The position numbers and the translations under genes were made by a program. From the NCBI RefSeq assembly GCF_009914755.1, contig NC_060931.1: a stretch of 64,000 nucleotides of DNA. One strand, written 5' to 3'. The DNA comes from the human T2T-CHM13v2.0 reference genome, Homo sapiens. The notes beneath the pieces were generated by a model, which saw nothing but the letters and a program-made list of their open reading frames with translations, was not told the DNA's origin and ran no database searches. Every line of letters begins with the position of its first letter. Within the stretch, counting starts at the first letter, position 1. Below are positions 43,288 through 55,731 of the stretch, one piece after another.

Positions 43288-44025
43288 CTGAGTCAGGGTC
43301 TTCTTCTGTTCTCCAGGCTGGAGTGCAATGAGGATCACAGCTCACTGTAACCTTGAACTCCTGGACTCAAGTGATCCTCCTGCCTCAGCCTCCCGAGTAC
43401 CTTGGATTCCAAGTACATGCCACCATGCCTGGCTAGTTTAAACTTTTTGCAGAGAAGGGGCCTTGCTATGTTGCCCAGGCTGGTCTCAAACTCCTGGCTT
43501 CAAGCCATCCCCCAGCCTGCATGGTAAACACACCTGAGAGCAATAACGAGCTTTCCCTGAGAATGACCCTGCATGGCAGATGCACCTGAAGGTGTGTTCA
43601 GTGCTAGGAAATCTGGGAGTGACCAACCCAGAGATTTATTCCTTGTCTGAGGAACATCTGAGTCCCTGGCCAGTCCTGTGGAACACAGGCTATCCAGGGA
43701 CTTGAGGCCCCAAATTTTGGATCAAATAAAGGTTGCCAGGTGGAGGTTATTAGGGAAAGGGTGCTACGTGAAAATGCCGTAGAAACTGTCTGCCTTTTTT
43801 AAGCAGTTGCAGTTCTCCTGTCCAGCCCACCACCACTGGACTCTGCCCACTGTATGTAAGCCCTCGGTAAAACCGCCTGTCTCATTTGCTGGCTCTTGAA
43901 CTATTTGGCCTCTTGAACCTGGTGCCACCCCCAATGGGGTGAATTGGGGTTTGGAACAACACCAACTCAGCCTCCCAAAGCACCGGAACTACAGGTGTGA
44001 GCCACTGCACTGGTCTGAGCTGGGC
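43288..44025 (-). mobile_element. AluJ-type SINE split by an LTR
   Basis: Alu text at 43288-43517 resumes at 43962 (CCAACTCAGCCTCCCAAAG). Confidence 0.88.
43518..43961 (+). mobile_element. LTR47-like solo LTR, copy 2 (inside the Alu)
   Basis: TGCATGGTAAACACACCTG...GGAACAACA. Degenerate TSD CAGCC/CCAAC. Confidence 0.85.
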
Positions 44026-44076
44026 TTCATGTCCCATTTCAGGCAGTTGGTGGGACAGAGTCTCCCCAAACCCCGT

Positions 44077-45132
44077 TGTATTACTTCTCTTTGCCATGTC
44101 ACAAATTACCATAGACTTAGTGGCTTAAGCAACACCGATGTTGTACCAGACCCCTATTAACCTCAATAGGGATGGTACCATGTTTGAGAGGCCAAAGAAG
44201 AGACCCAAAGCCAGCAAACAAGACATAGGGTCTATTAGCAGGAAACTTATACACAGGGATGGCCCAGTGGCAGCAGGCTGGACAAGAACCATGTAGCCCA
44301 GGGGTGGTGGGCTGGGCAGGAGAACTACAATGGCTTGCAAGAGGCACGCAGTTTATGGAGCATTTTCACTTAACATCTTCCCCATAACAGACTCCACCTG
44401 GGACCTTCATTTAACCCAAAACAAAGGGCCTCAATCCCCTGTATAGTCCACATTTCATGGGATGTTAGGGACAGGGTTCAGATGTTCCTCAAAGATAAGG
44501 AATGTATCTCCAGGTTGGCCACTCTGGATTCCTTAGCTTGGAACTCCAAACACACATTCAGGTGCCTCTGCCATACAGGGTCATTCTTAGGGTGTGCTGG
44601 AGTTATTGTTATCAGGCACATCTACCATGAACCCATTTATTATCTGGGTCAAGATTCTGAGCATGGCTTAATTGGGCCCTCTTCTCAGGTTCTCAGAGGC
44701 TACGACAAACATCATGGCTGTACTGGGTTCTCATCTGAAAACCTGACTAAGGAGGAATCCGTTTCTGAGATCACTCGTGTTGGGAGAATTCATCTCCTTG
44801 TGGCTCAGTGCCTGAGGGTGCTGACCTTTTGCTGGCTGTTGTCCACTCTCAGCCCCTAGAGGTCACTCACAGTCCCTTGCTATGTGGCCCTCTCCCCAAC
44901 ATGGCACTTTCTTCAAAGCCACATAGGGAGAGACTGCAGCTTTCTGCTGAGTAACCTAATCAAGGAAGTGACGTCACGCACCTTCCCCATACAAGGGAAC
45001 CTAATGAGGGCACGCATAGCCTTTGCCATCTTCCACTGGTGAGACGCAAGTCATGGGTTCCACCTGAACTCAAGGGAAGGAGATTCACAAGGGGGTGACC
45101 CATTGGGTCACATTATGGTGTGTCTGCCACAC
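44077..45132 (-). mobile_element. MLT1-type MaLR LTR split by LTR47-like copy 3
   Basis: CAAATTACCATAGACTTAGTGGCTTAAGCAAC...GTGTCTGCCACA. Confidence 0.8.
44139..44630 (-). mobile_element. LTR47-like solo LTR, copy 3
   Basis: TSD ACCGA (44134-44138) / ACCCA (44631-44635). Confidence 0.85.
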
Positions 45133-47536
45133 TCAGCCACTTGTTTTGACATTGACTGTAAGATTTCCTCTTTGATCCCTCTTGCCAGGCCTGAACTTGA
45201 TCTAAACTTTTATTATTGATCCCTGATGGCTTCCTATTAATGCCCCCACCCAACTCTTTCCCCCTCCAGATGGTCTTGAATGATGTAGTTCAATCTCTTG
45301 GTGACATCCAGCCTGACAAATACATATTATCTAACCACTGAGGAAACAGATTCTGAGAAAGGTTAAGTGTCTTGTCCAAGGTCACACAAATCATAAATCT
45401 GCTTAGCCTGTATAGCAGTGATAGTCTTACCTAGCTATTAGGACTGATACTAAAATAACGCATGAAAGTACTCTGCAAATGGAAGCGTATTACGCAAATA
45501 TTACGAATTTCATTCATTAAAATAATGGATTTTTGGCTTTTTAATGGATCCTCACTTGCATTTGCCCTTTGACAACCTCATATGTGTGCAAAATTTTGTT
45601 TACATAGTTTGCAGGACATCAACAAGAGGTTTTTTTTTTTAATGCTTCTTGTGTAATCCAATGTGTCACATGCAAATAGGGAAAAGTTAACTTAAAAAGG
45701 CTTTATCTCCTTTTAATCTTCCTTTGTTCTTTTCTGCTTTATCTTAGCACATTTCCTATGTAGACCTGTGGGTCCCATGAGCGAGCTACTGACCTTGGGA
45801 GAAGCAAGCTGTCTTTCCAGACTCCCTTGTAACTCAAAAAACATAGGGAAAAACACACAGTACTCTTCCTACTCCGTGCCAAGGTGCTGTGCTGCTCAGC
45901 TGAACCCAGGGCCCTCTCCACTGTCAATCAGCAAAGCTCTGGAGCTGGGGGCTGCTGGGCAGCCTGAGAGTGGGGTGGGGGCTCAGGGGAAGTTGCTAAG
46001 ACTCAGGCCCAGACAGGTCCCTGCTGAGGCACCAAACTGGTGAGACCTGAGCCTGGTCACAATTAGTCTTCCATTTGCTAGATAACTGCCGCTCTTCTCA
46101 AAAGCAGAGGCAAACAATCCCACTATTGTTTAAGAAGTCTGGGGTTTATCTTTGGTTACTTAAGGCAAAGAGGACAGACTGCAGAGATGCCCAAATCTCT
46201 CTGGCGCTGAGACTTGTTGCTAAGAAAACAAAGATTCCAGCTCTCACCCTCAGCCTACCGCTCCAAGATAAGTGGTTCTTCCAGTTATTAAATAGTGTCT
46301 GTCTGCTCTAATCGTAATGTTCTCACAGGATTTTCTGCACCTTTCTTTAACACAGTCCTATGATAGCCACACGCTGTCACAGGAATAAGTAGTCTCTCAA
46401 GTTCTCTCAAGATCTGAGGTAATATGTGATCAAAAATCAGAGAAAACCTCAACTTGGCCATTGGGCATTTGGTTAATGTTAAGCCTCTCTGGGTCTGTAT
46501 TCTTCACTAAAATGAGAATACTTAACTCACTGGTGTTATAAGAACTAAATGAATTTATACATATAAAAATCTTACTTGGGGGGGGCTTGGACAGAGTCAT
46601 CACTGCAGTAATGGAGACGTTCTCCACACTGTCTAGTCCAGTAGCAGTTGCCACATATATCCATTGAGCACTTAAAATGCGACTACTTTGGGTCTTGTTT
46701 TCTGAAATGCTTCTCTTTGCAGGAGGGAGGTCAGGCCACTGTGTTCCCTTACCTCAGGGACAGACCACCTCACTTTGTCTGGTTTCAGGAAACAGCTCAC
46801 TGAGGGGAACCGTGGAAGGAAGAGGTGCACGGTGCAAGTGGAGGTGCTCCTGCAGCCCGGGGTCCTTGCCCAGCTCCCAGCTGCACCCTCAGAGAGGCAG
46901 GCCTGGGAGGAGAAGGGCCGAGTGGGGTACCTAGGAGGCTGCCTGCCAAAGCACCCGAGATTAAACTCCCGCTCCACTTGGCAATTTGATTTCAAGAAAA
47001 TAAAGACATTTCTTCACACCCAAGGAGAAATGAAGTCATCCATCCTACATTATTACTATCATTTCCACCCAGAAATAACTAAGTCCTGGGGCTTGCTGGG
47101 TGGGACTGAATCATAAACCAGGGTGGGGAATGGGGGAGAGGTAGATGGAAGAAACAAAAGGAGATAGGGGTAGGGGGCAAAACGTGATGCCGGCGCTGCA
47201 AGGAGGCAGTCCATTTGCCCACTCGAGAATCCTCGCTGCCTGCCCTTAACAGAATCACATTATGCTGCATAGTATTTTACAATTTGCAGCTCGTTAATAG
47301 CCTGTGAACTCTAATAACTAATTCTTTCTGCTAGGTAAGTAGAAAAGAAGACAGACTTTATTCATTACATTATTATCCTTGTAGAGTAACCTCCCATGGA
47401 GCAGGCAAGTAGGGGAAACAACTTGCTGGCTGGCCAATCTTTTACGTGTAACTTGCTGACTTCAGACTCCCCTAGTTGCCCACATACTAACTGTAAGCCT
47501 CCTGAGGCTCTGAGGCATCAACCTCTCTCTCCCTAG

Positions 47537-47990
47537 AGTGGCGTTGTGCAAGACAGTAGCCACTAGTCATGTGTGGCTTTTTTTTTTTTTTTTTTTTTTT
47601 CTGAGATAGACTCCCACTCTGTTACCCAGGCTGAAGTACAGTGGTGTGATCTTGGCCCAATGCAGCCTCCACCTCCCGGATTTAAGTGATTCTCCTGCCT
47701 CAGACTCCTGAGTAGCTGGGGTTACAGGCACACACCGCGACGCCCAGCCGATTTCAGTATTTTTAGTAGAGATGGGATTTTGTCATGTTGGGCAGGCTAG
47801 TCTTGAACTCCTGGCCTCAGCTCTTTATATTATAAAATGATTAGAATTAAAATTTAAAGATTCTCTCCTCACCCACACAAGCCACTTTTCCAGTGCTCAG
47901 GAGCCACCCTGGGCTAGTGTCAACCCTGCTGGGCAGAGCAGACAGAGGACATCTCCATCACTGCAGCAAGTTCTGTCATACAGTGTTGTT
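47537..47990 (-). mobile_element. MER3-like MITE containing a 5'-truncated antisense Alu (47578-47820)
   Basis: GTAGCCACTAGTCATGTGTGGC, then poly-T and Alu, then the MITE resumes. Confidence 0.8.
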
Positions 47991-49295
47991 CTAGAAAGGA
48001 AGGTTATTGAATGGACATCTAGAAAAGCATTTTAAATGACTACTTTTTTGGTTGTTGTAAGCAACAACTTATTTTATACTTACAAAACAAGAACAAACCT
48101 TATCCTGTTCCAAATCCTACAGAATCGTAAACAGGGTCATAATTGTACATATCATTCTCGGCTAAAGGTAAAAAGTGAGGTCTTCCCACATACACAGCAT
48201 TTTTCTTTCTTTTGAAAGCTTTAAGTGATTTGCTTCCTGAGGACCAACACTATTCTGAGACTGTAGTCACAGTCTGTGAGCGGCAGCGCCTTGTATCAAG
48301 ATGTGGTTATTCCACAAAGGCGACAAGAATGTGAGGACACACGCTCAAGGTGGGTACTGACAATGCCCGGCTGCCAAGATGGATTAAATTTATGGCAATT
48401 TACAGCTCACCCCAGGGAGACTCAGTCTGCAAAAGCTCAGAGACAGGGAAAGTTGCCATAAGGATGCAGGTAATGAAAGCATTAAGCTATCCACTCTATT
48501 GAGAAAAATGGCTCCAGGCTGAATTTTCCAGGCACACTGTCTATACCAAACAATTATCCCAATCATGCTATGGTGTTTCCCTCCGTTTTCCCAGTGCTGA
48601 TGTGCCTTTAGGTGCAGCGGGTTTGTTGCTGCTATGTTTGGGCTTCAGGGTATGATGCTATCTCCCGTTAGAAACCATGATCTTTACTAGGTGCCAGCTA
48701 CAGCATGCCTACACAGACTTCTAGAAGCAGCAGGGCCAGAACAGAAGCACTTAAGCCCCATACTCAAGAAACAGAAGCCTGGCGCAGGTCCAGCTCTCTG
48801 TCCATGGGACCACAATGAGTCTTTCACAGTGCATGCCTTGCTTGTACAAGGGCAATTGTCTCTGAGGTTATGTTCATAATGGTTACCACTTAGGTGTTCA
48901 CTAACAGGCTCAGTGTTAAGCACTCAATGTGCAGAATGCCACAGATCCATCCAAAGGCTCTGTGACGGGAGGTCACTGGATGTCCTCGTTTCACAGTAAT
49001 GTAAACAACTTAGGTGATACCTCAAGCTGGTGCAAGTAGTGGCTGACCTTGAATCCAGGTGATGTGACCGCCGCTATGGGTTTCTGTGGGTCCCTTGGCC
49101 CAAGGTCCTGTCAATTCACATATACACCTGTCCAGCCCACCCAGCCTTAGCTTCCCCATTTACATTTAATGGTGAAGAGCACAGACCTCTGGAGCCAGAC
49201 TACCTGTATTCAAATCTGAGCTCTGCCATTACTACCTGTGTGCCTTTAGCTAACCCCTGGGTGCCTGAGGACCCTGGCCTTTTGCTGGCCCTCTT

Positions 49296-49342
49296 CTTAC
49301 AGAAGAGAAAGCAGACCCCAGAGCCAGTTTCTCTTCTGTAAG
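49296..49342. repeat. Perfect 15-bp inverted repeat with 17-nt spacer
   Basis: CTTACAGAAGAGAAA (49296-49310) / TTTCTCTTCTGTAAG (49328-49342). Confidence 0.95.
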
Positions 49343-50188
49343 GGAAGCCTGGAGGCTGGTTTTACCTCTACAAGAAGAGAATGGTATTGATGCCTGGCAT
49401 CACCTGAGAGCTGTCAGAAATGCAGAGTATCAGGCCCCACCATAGTCCAACAGAGTCAGAACCTGTATTTTAACAAGATCCCTGCGTTGGTTTGCACATT
49501 AGAGTTTGAAAAGCACCATCTGATGGCAGAAAATAGTGCCCTGTGATGAATTATTTTGTAAAACACACAAGACTCACGTAACGGTCTACTTTATAAAGCC
49601 AGACATATCACAGGTCTACATTTCAGTGCACTTAGAGGGCTATGCCATTGCAGGTGCTCCCCAGATGAACACAGTCACGTAAAGCCAGAGGATTGTGTTG
49701 AAAGACAAGGAAATGAAACTAAATCATTGCTCTTAGGACTAAAGTCAATGAGGTAACATTAGCAGCGGTTTCCTGTAATCCTTGAGGGTGGGGAGGAAGC
49801 ATCCTGTAAGTAAAACAAAGTCTGTTGGCACGTGTTTCCATGAAGATTCATGCCTAATTAAGTAAAACCCACGAAAGCCGGAATCCTGCTCTGGGGAGAC
49901 TGGGTGGCCACTGTGTTCTCTCTGGAAACTGACTGCTCCCCACAGGGGCCAGGCAGAGCCATGTCTGGGTCTGGTCCTCAGATTCCCAGAGTCCTGCTTG
50001 CAAGGGTAGCTGAGTACAGGCATCTCACCAAGTAGCTTTGAACAAAGGGGACTGAGTGGCTCGAACTGTCTTCCTTTCCTGCCCACCACCTCCCACTTTC
50101 TGAAAGGGTTCCCAGAAGCAGAGCTTGAGACTGGGCTTCGTGTTCCAATGATTTACTGGGGGTATGCTCTCAGGAGAAGGGGCACACA

Positions 50189-50370
50189 TAGATTTGCCAG
50201 ATAAAATAGAGGATGCCCTATTAAATTTAAGTTTTAGATAACCAACGAATAATTCTTAGCACAAGTATGGCCTAAGTTGTTTATGGGTCATATTTATACA
50301 AAAAATTTTGTTGGCTATCTGAAGTTTAACTGGATTTAGTTATGTTGGTTTGCTAAGTCTGGTAGCCCTG
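50189..50370. mobile_element. MER53 palindromic MITE inside an old ERVL-type LTR (~50100-50700)
   Basis: TAGATTTGCCAGATAAAATA...CTGGTAGCCCTG. Confidence 0.75.
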
Positions 50371-51339
50371 GGAAGAAGGATAGGCAGAGAGGAGAGCTAA
50401 GGAGATCTCCCAGCCAGAGCCCAGGATCCCAGCATTGTACAGTGCACCATAGTAGACACACAATGGGGCCAGCAGCCTGGCGTTCTGTATTCCTGTGCCA
50501 TTCAGTCACTGGCCAATCTGCCCCCCAGGCACATAGGGGGAGGCAGATGCTGTTCATGGGCAAAGGAAGTGAGTGGATCCCATTTGGCCAAGGGCAATTC
50601 TCCAGAGAATGAGAGCAGCTGGAAGCTGCAGACAGCCAATATTCAATCAGAGTGGGGCCTCTCTGGGGTCAGCTCTGACAGTTGTGGATGCTGTCATCCA
50701 CAACCTCTCCCCACCCTACACACACTCCTACTAGCAATCCTCAGGCCTTTCATAAGTCAACAGCAGTTTATGAGTGGCTTTGAACTGGGGAGACATCCCT
50801 GGATCTTGTCTCAGGTCCCTGGGAATAGATTTGTAAGTAGGGCTTCCAAAAATAAAATGAGGTGCACCTTGTCCATTGACTGCCAGATCTGTGCCGCCAG
50901 CACATCATCCCACCAACTTTGGTTTGCTCTGGGTATTTCTGAGAGCTGGATGGGGCATTTTCTTTCCATGCTTCTAGGACAGTCTTTGTTTCACCAGGAT
51001 GGAAAAGGGGTAGGGAGAGAAGTTTTGGCCCACGTCACCTTCTTCCAAGCAGAACAAACTGTCTAGGAAAAAATGTCAACCGACTCTATACCTCACACTG
51101 AGGATACAGGACAAAATTAACCCTACTCATTCTGTCATCTGGGAGAAAAAGTCATCTTAGAAAAGAAAAAAAAAATCGCCAGTGTTTTGTTTTGCTATGT
51201 TTAACAGATCGTTATTCCACATATGGATGAGGGGTACAGGCATACGTTCATTTTTACTCAGATTACAAAAACAGGAAACGTGGAAGTTGCCTATGGGCAT
51301 GACTCAAGGGGCACTGAGCTGGCCTTTCTGTCCCCAACA

Positions 51340-53620
51340 CAGGCATTCCTCGTTTTCTGCTACAAGTATTGCATTTTGTTTTTGGTTTTGTTTTTTTAAC
51401 AAATTGGATGTTTGTGGCAAGCCTCTGTCAAGCAAGTCTATTAGTGTCATTTTCTCAACAACATGTGCTCACTTCATGTCTTGTCGCATTTTGGTGATTC
51501 AATATTTCAAAATTTTTCATTATCATTATTGTATCTGTGATGGTGATCTGTCATCAGTGATCTTTGATGTTACTACCGTAATTGTTTTGGGATACCACAA
51601 CTCTGCCTTTCACTTAAAGGCTGAGAGGCTATTTAGGGTTACTAACTGGCCTAATTTCAGTGTTGGATCTTGGAATAGGGAGAGGCAGAGAGACACGAAA
51701 TGGCTGGTCGGTGGAGCAGTCAGAACAAACATTTATTAAGTTCACTGTCTCATACAGGTGTGATTCATGGTGTCCCCAGTTACAATAGTAACAAAGATCA
51801 CTCAAAGTTTGTTAGAAGATCAAACTAGCCACTACATTCTCTTAAGCCAAAGCCTAATCCAGAGCAAGGCCCTAAAGTTCTTCAGGTCTGTGAAAGCTGA
51901 GAGAGGTGAGGAAGCTGCAGAAAAGCTGGCAGCTACCAGGTTGGTTCATGAGGTTTAACAAAAAATGCCATCTCCATAACGTAGAAGTGCAAGGTGAAGC
52001 AGCAAGTACTGATGGAGAAGCTGTAGTGAGTTACTCAGAATATCTAGCTAGGATCATTGAAGCAGGTGGCTACACTAAGCAGAATTTCAATGTAGACAAA
52101 AATAGCCCTCTTGGAAGATGCCATCTAGGAGAAGTTCATGCCTGCCTCCAAAGCTACAAAGGACAGGCTGATTCTTGTTAGGGGTTAATGCAGCTGGTGA
52201 CTGTAAGTGGAAGCGAATGCACATTTATCATTCTGAAAATCCTGGGGTCCTTCAGAATTATGCTAAATCTACTCAGCCTGTGCTCTAGACATGGCACAAA
52301 ACCTGGATGACAACACATCTGTTTACAGCATGATTTACTGCACATTTTAAGCCCACTGTTGAGACCTACTGCTCATAATAAAGATGTCTTTCAAAATATT
52401 ACCCTCATTGACAATGCACCTGGTCACCCAAGAGCTCAGATGGAGATGCAAGGAGACGAATGTTTTGTTTTGTTTTGTTTTTCACACCTGCTAATACCAT
52501 ATTCATTCTGCAGCCCATAAATCAAGGAGTCATTTCAACTTTCAAGTCTTATTTTTTGAAGTATATTTTATAAGGCCAGAGATGCCATAGGTAATGATTC
52601 CTCTTAATGGATCTGGGCAAAGTCAATTGAGAATCTTCTGGAAAGATTTACCATTTTAGATGCCATTAAAAATATTTGTGATTTGTGGAAAGAAATCAAC
52701 ATTATCAACATTCATAGGAGTTTAGAAGAAGTTGATTCCAGTCCTCATGGATGACTTTGAGGGGTTCAAGACTTCAGTGGAAAAAGTCAATGCAGATGTA
52801 TAGAAATAGCAGCAAGAGAACTGGAATTCTGAGTACAGCCTGAAGCTGTGACTGAGTTGCTGCAATTTCATGATAAAACTTGAACAAGTGAGGAGTTGCT
52901 TTTCATAGATGATCAAAGAAAGTGGTTTCTTGAGATGAAATCTATTCCTGGAGAAGACGCTGTGAAGATTGTTACAATGACAAAAGATTTAGAATATCAC
53001 ATAAACTTAGCTGATGAAGCAGTAGCAGGATCTGAGAGGATTGATTCCAATTCTTAAAGAAATTCTACTGTGGGTAAAATGCCATCAAACAGCATCACAT
53101 GCCACAGAGAAATCTTTCCTGAAAGGAAGAGCCCATCGATGTGGCAAACTTCATTACTGTCTTATTTTAAGAAATTGCCACAGCCACCTAGCCTTTAGCA
53201 ACCTCCACCCTAATCAGTCAGCAGCCATCAACATTGAAGCAAGACCTCCACCAGCAAAAAGATGACTCACTGAAAGCTCAGATGATTATCAGCATTTTTT
53301 TAGCAATAAAGTATTTTAAATTAAGATATGTACATTTTTTAGACATGATGTTATTGTACACTTAATAGACTATAGTGTAGTATGAACAACTTTTTTATTT
53401 TTTTAGAGATAGGTTCTCACTCTGTTGCTAAGGCTAGAGTGCAGTGGCATGATCATAGCTCACTGCAGCCTCAAACTCCTGACTTCAAATGATTCTCTCA
53501 CCTTGGCCTCCCAAATAGCTAAATATAACTTTTATATGCACTGGGAAACAAAAAAATCATGCAGCTCACTTTATTCCAATAGCCTGGAAACAAACTAGCA
53601 ATATGTCCAAGGTATGCCTG
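51340..53620 (+). mobile_element. Tigger1 (TcMar-pogo) with decayed transposase, an internal inversion and an Alu monomer (53395-53520)
   Basis: TIRs CAGGCATTCCTCG / CAAGGTATGCCTG. Transposase remnants in ORFs 51767..51958 and 51906..52181 (HNVEVQGEAAS). Confidence 0.92.
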
Positions 53621-53674
53621 TATATTTCTCTACATAGTTTGCGTGAAATTCCACCATGAGAAATTCCTTCAAGT

Positions 53675-54093
53675 CAGTGATTCTGAACTGGAGATGAGTC
53701 TGCCTCTGGCTTCCCCTTGTTAAAATAGATTGCTGAGCCCAACCCAGAGTTTGATTCAAGAGGAACCCAAGAACTGCATTTCTAACAGGTTTCCAGAGGA
53801 TGCTGATGCTGCTGGTTTGGGGACTCCACTTTAAGAACCACCGGTTAAGAGGCCTGAATGAGATAATACACGTACACAGCTATTAGTATACTGCCTGGCA
53901 TACGTAAGCCTGCCACACTCAGTGGTTCTCAAACTCGGTTGCACATTAAGATTACCTGGAGAGCTTATAAAAATCCCAGTGCCCATTCTGCACCTCAGAC
54001 CAATTACAGCAGAATCCCAGGGGCAAGGGCACACATCGTTGCTTTTTGAAGCTCCCAGGTGATTTCATTGTACAGTCATGGCTTAGAGGCACT
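53675..54093. mobile_element. Two MER5A MITEs
   Basis: CAGTGATTCTGAAC...AAGAACCAC and CAGTGGTTCTCAAAC...GAGGCACTG. Confidence 0.8.
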
Positions 54094-55022
54094 GCCTTAG
54101 AGGTGGTTTAGAGAGAAAGTCGCTTGCGTTCACAGAACACTAATTTCTAACAGCCGCTGAAGGAAACTGACTAGAAAGGACCAGACATCCCATTGGCACT
54201 GTGGAGTATAGTTCTGTGTCTGGAAGGCCAAATAAACCTGCCTGGCCTTTCATGAAAGGACCAAAGCCAGAGGCAGAATACAGTTTAAGAGAGTTATTGC
54301 AAACAAGGCCCTGAGGCCTTTGCTTCTACTTCATCCTCCTTTGCACCTCCTCTGAACCAGCCTGGCTTTGTCGCCTTAAACTTCCTCCTATGCCAACCCT
54401 CTCAGAGGGATTCCTAAATGCTCCCTTCTCCAGGCCTCACCCACTCACTTTTCTGCAGTCTACAGCTTGATTCTTCCCTCCTGAAGTGATACTTGTTTTC
54501 AGAAAAGCCCCTCTGGTCCTGACCAGTTCTCATCTTCTCCTGTGCCTGTCCCTCTACCTCAGGCAATCTCCACATCCCTTCCTGCCCACCTTTCACCCTG
54601 CCAAGGGGTCATCCTGCTAAACCACATGTCAACTGCCCTCACTCCCTCTCAGGCAAGTCCTTCAGGGGCTCCCTCCCTTCCTTTCTAGCCACACTGGCCA
54701 CTAGCCCTTCCTGGTGGATCCTGTTTCAGGGCCTTCACTCAGGCTGCCCTGGGGATGATGACATCCCACACTCTCGGACTCCTGGCTCAGCCTTCTCAGC
54801 TCACTCAGTGCTTTCCCCAGGAAGGTGTCCGTAAAGCTGTACTCCCCACCCTAAAGGCCAGGGTATGATGAAGGCTGTCACTATAAATGTTAAGAGACAT
54901 CCTAACAAGTATTGGTTTGTCTTTTCACATAGATAGAGGAAGGAAGGAAACAAAGGGTGAAAAGCCTTCTTGGTAACAAGAAACTACCATTTATTTACAG
55001 AGTCACCATTATTTCTTCCTCA

Positions 55023-55256
<234 letters not shown>

Positions 55257-55406
55257 TCACTGGAGAGTTTTCTAAAATGTCACCATGATCACAGGTCTAA
55301 CCCTAATGACAAAAATCAAGACTTGATAGTTAGATAAAAGGTTTCAGTTACATGAGTATTTGTTTGAAAAAAAAATGTCTTGCAAAGGCCTAGAAATTAA
55401 AACACA

Positions 55407-55731
55407 TGCCGGGCGCGTTGGCTCATGCCTGTAATCCCAGCATTTTAGGACGCCGAGGATGGCGGGGGCGGGGGGGTGCATCACCTGAGGTCGGGAGTTC
55501 AAGACCAGCCTGACCAACGTGGAGAAACCCTGTCTCTACTAAAATTATAAAATTAGCCAGGCATGGTGATGCATGCCTGTAATCCCAGGCACTCTGGAGG
55601 CTGAGGCAGGGGAAATCACTTGAACCTGGGAGGCGGAGGTTACGATGAACCCAGATCGCACCATTGCACTCCAGCCTAGGCAACAAGAGCAAAACTCCAT
55701 CCAAAAAAAAAAGAAAAAAGAAAAAAAAAAA
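55407..55731 (+). mobile_element. AluSp-like SINE with a G-rich expansion
   Basis: TCGGGAGTTCAAGACCAGCCTGACC and GCAACAAGAGCAAAACTCC diagnostics. Confidence 0.9.

Noticed and set aside
51235-51262. CAGGCATACG as a second Tigger1 TIR
   Set aside because: Similarity is limited to about 9 nt and the following sequence is not Tigger1-like; the real start appears to be 51340.
50569-51739. ORFs of 165 and 185 aa
   Set aside because: Overlap LTR and Tigger1 non-coding sequence; no protein-like features.
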